From positions 40,052,001-40,116,000 of the forward strand of contig CM060731.1 of assembly GCA_030704615.1 (NCBI GenBank): a stretch of 64,000 bases of DNA, given 5' to 3'. Positions within the stretch are counted from its first letter, which is position 1, and every line of letters starts with the position of its first letter. A program made the translations under genes and the position numbers. This DNA comes from Takakia lepidozioides (taxonomy: Eukaryota > Plantae > Bryophyta). The notes under the pieces were generated by a model that did not search any database, was not told where the DNA came from, and worked only from the letters and a program-made list of their open reading frames with translations. Of this stretch, positions 63,301 through 64,000 are shown in pieces.

Positions 63301-64000
63301 GCTCAACGATTGGAGTGGAGGACGTCTGTTCTTTTTTTCACCACCACCTCCCTCTTGTCTTCAACGACCGAAGCAGCAGTCTCGGGCGTCACATATGACC
63401 CAAGGGACTTTCGCCGAGGCTCTCCAAGTACGGGCGCACTCTCCACTGGCTGATATGAGCCGTCTCATCACAGTTTTGGAAAGAGTATTTCAACAACTTC
63501 CCTTTCAAATCGTACACCTCTTTCTCCAAAAAGGTGGAGCCATTCTGAAGCTGAAAACGGGTAGCCAAGACATGTTCCAGAACAATTGCAAATCCATTGA
63601 CAAGGACTTCCCGGGAGAACGACACTGGTTTGTCGTCAGAGAAGAACTCCGCTTCAGAGGAAGCCATCTTCCTTCCTCGCGTACGTTGATACCTTGCTAT
63701 CGCAGACCTAGTGTAAATCGGTTTACTGATGTCTCCAGAACACAGTTGAAGAATGAGCAGAGAATATGGCGGAGGAAGCTCAGACGACGACAGTGCATAT
63801 TCTGTTATTCTTTCCAGATATGCAGCTGTCCATTTTAATTACTTTTCTTGTGGGCCCAGTGGTCAGAGTATCCCTAGGAGCAATGTCGGCAGCTGTTAAA
63901 CCGTTAATCAGAACCTCATCAATAAACACAATAACAAGCCGACTTCCTGGAAGCATGCCACAGGATCTGAGGGTGGGATTGCAGATTAAGTAAATGTATC

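Overview
This is TE-rich nuclear DNA from a land plant. Spliceosomal introns and PLS-class PPR repeats suggest a seed-free plant, but the species cannot be determined from the window. One intact gene is well supported: a five-exon TRM/LONGIFOLIA-family gene on the minus strand (30384-35261). An unidentified ORF also runs in from the left edge. Pseudogenes include a scrambled PLS-E PPR cluster (about 4.4-8.7 kb) and a 5'-truncated RPT4 copy of the 26S proteasome ATPase (46405-49277). The main structure is a 12.7-kb hAT element (14167-26837) with an exact 8-bp target-site duplication (TSD, CACGGTGT), inserted upstream of a Ty3-like gag. Besides its BED/DUF659/hATC transposase, it carries a degenerate protein-kinase gene and a degenerate RING-finger gene. 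It also holds three arrays of a 27-bp palindrome repeated about every 51 bp, and inward-facing TATA boxes at both ends. Other elements are two tRNA-derived SINE families, a hAT MITE, fragments of L1-like, CRE-like and LTR retroelements, a Mutator-like SWIM transposase at the right edge, and several local inverted duplications. All calls were made by eye from the sequence and ORF track; no searches were run.
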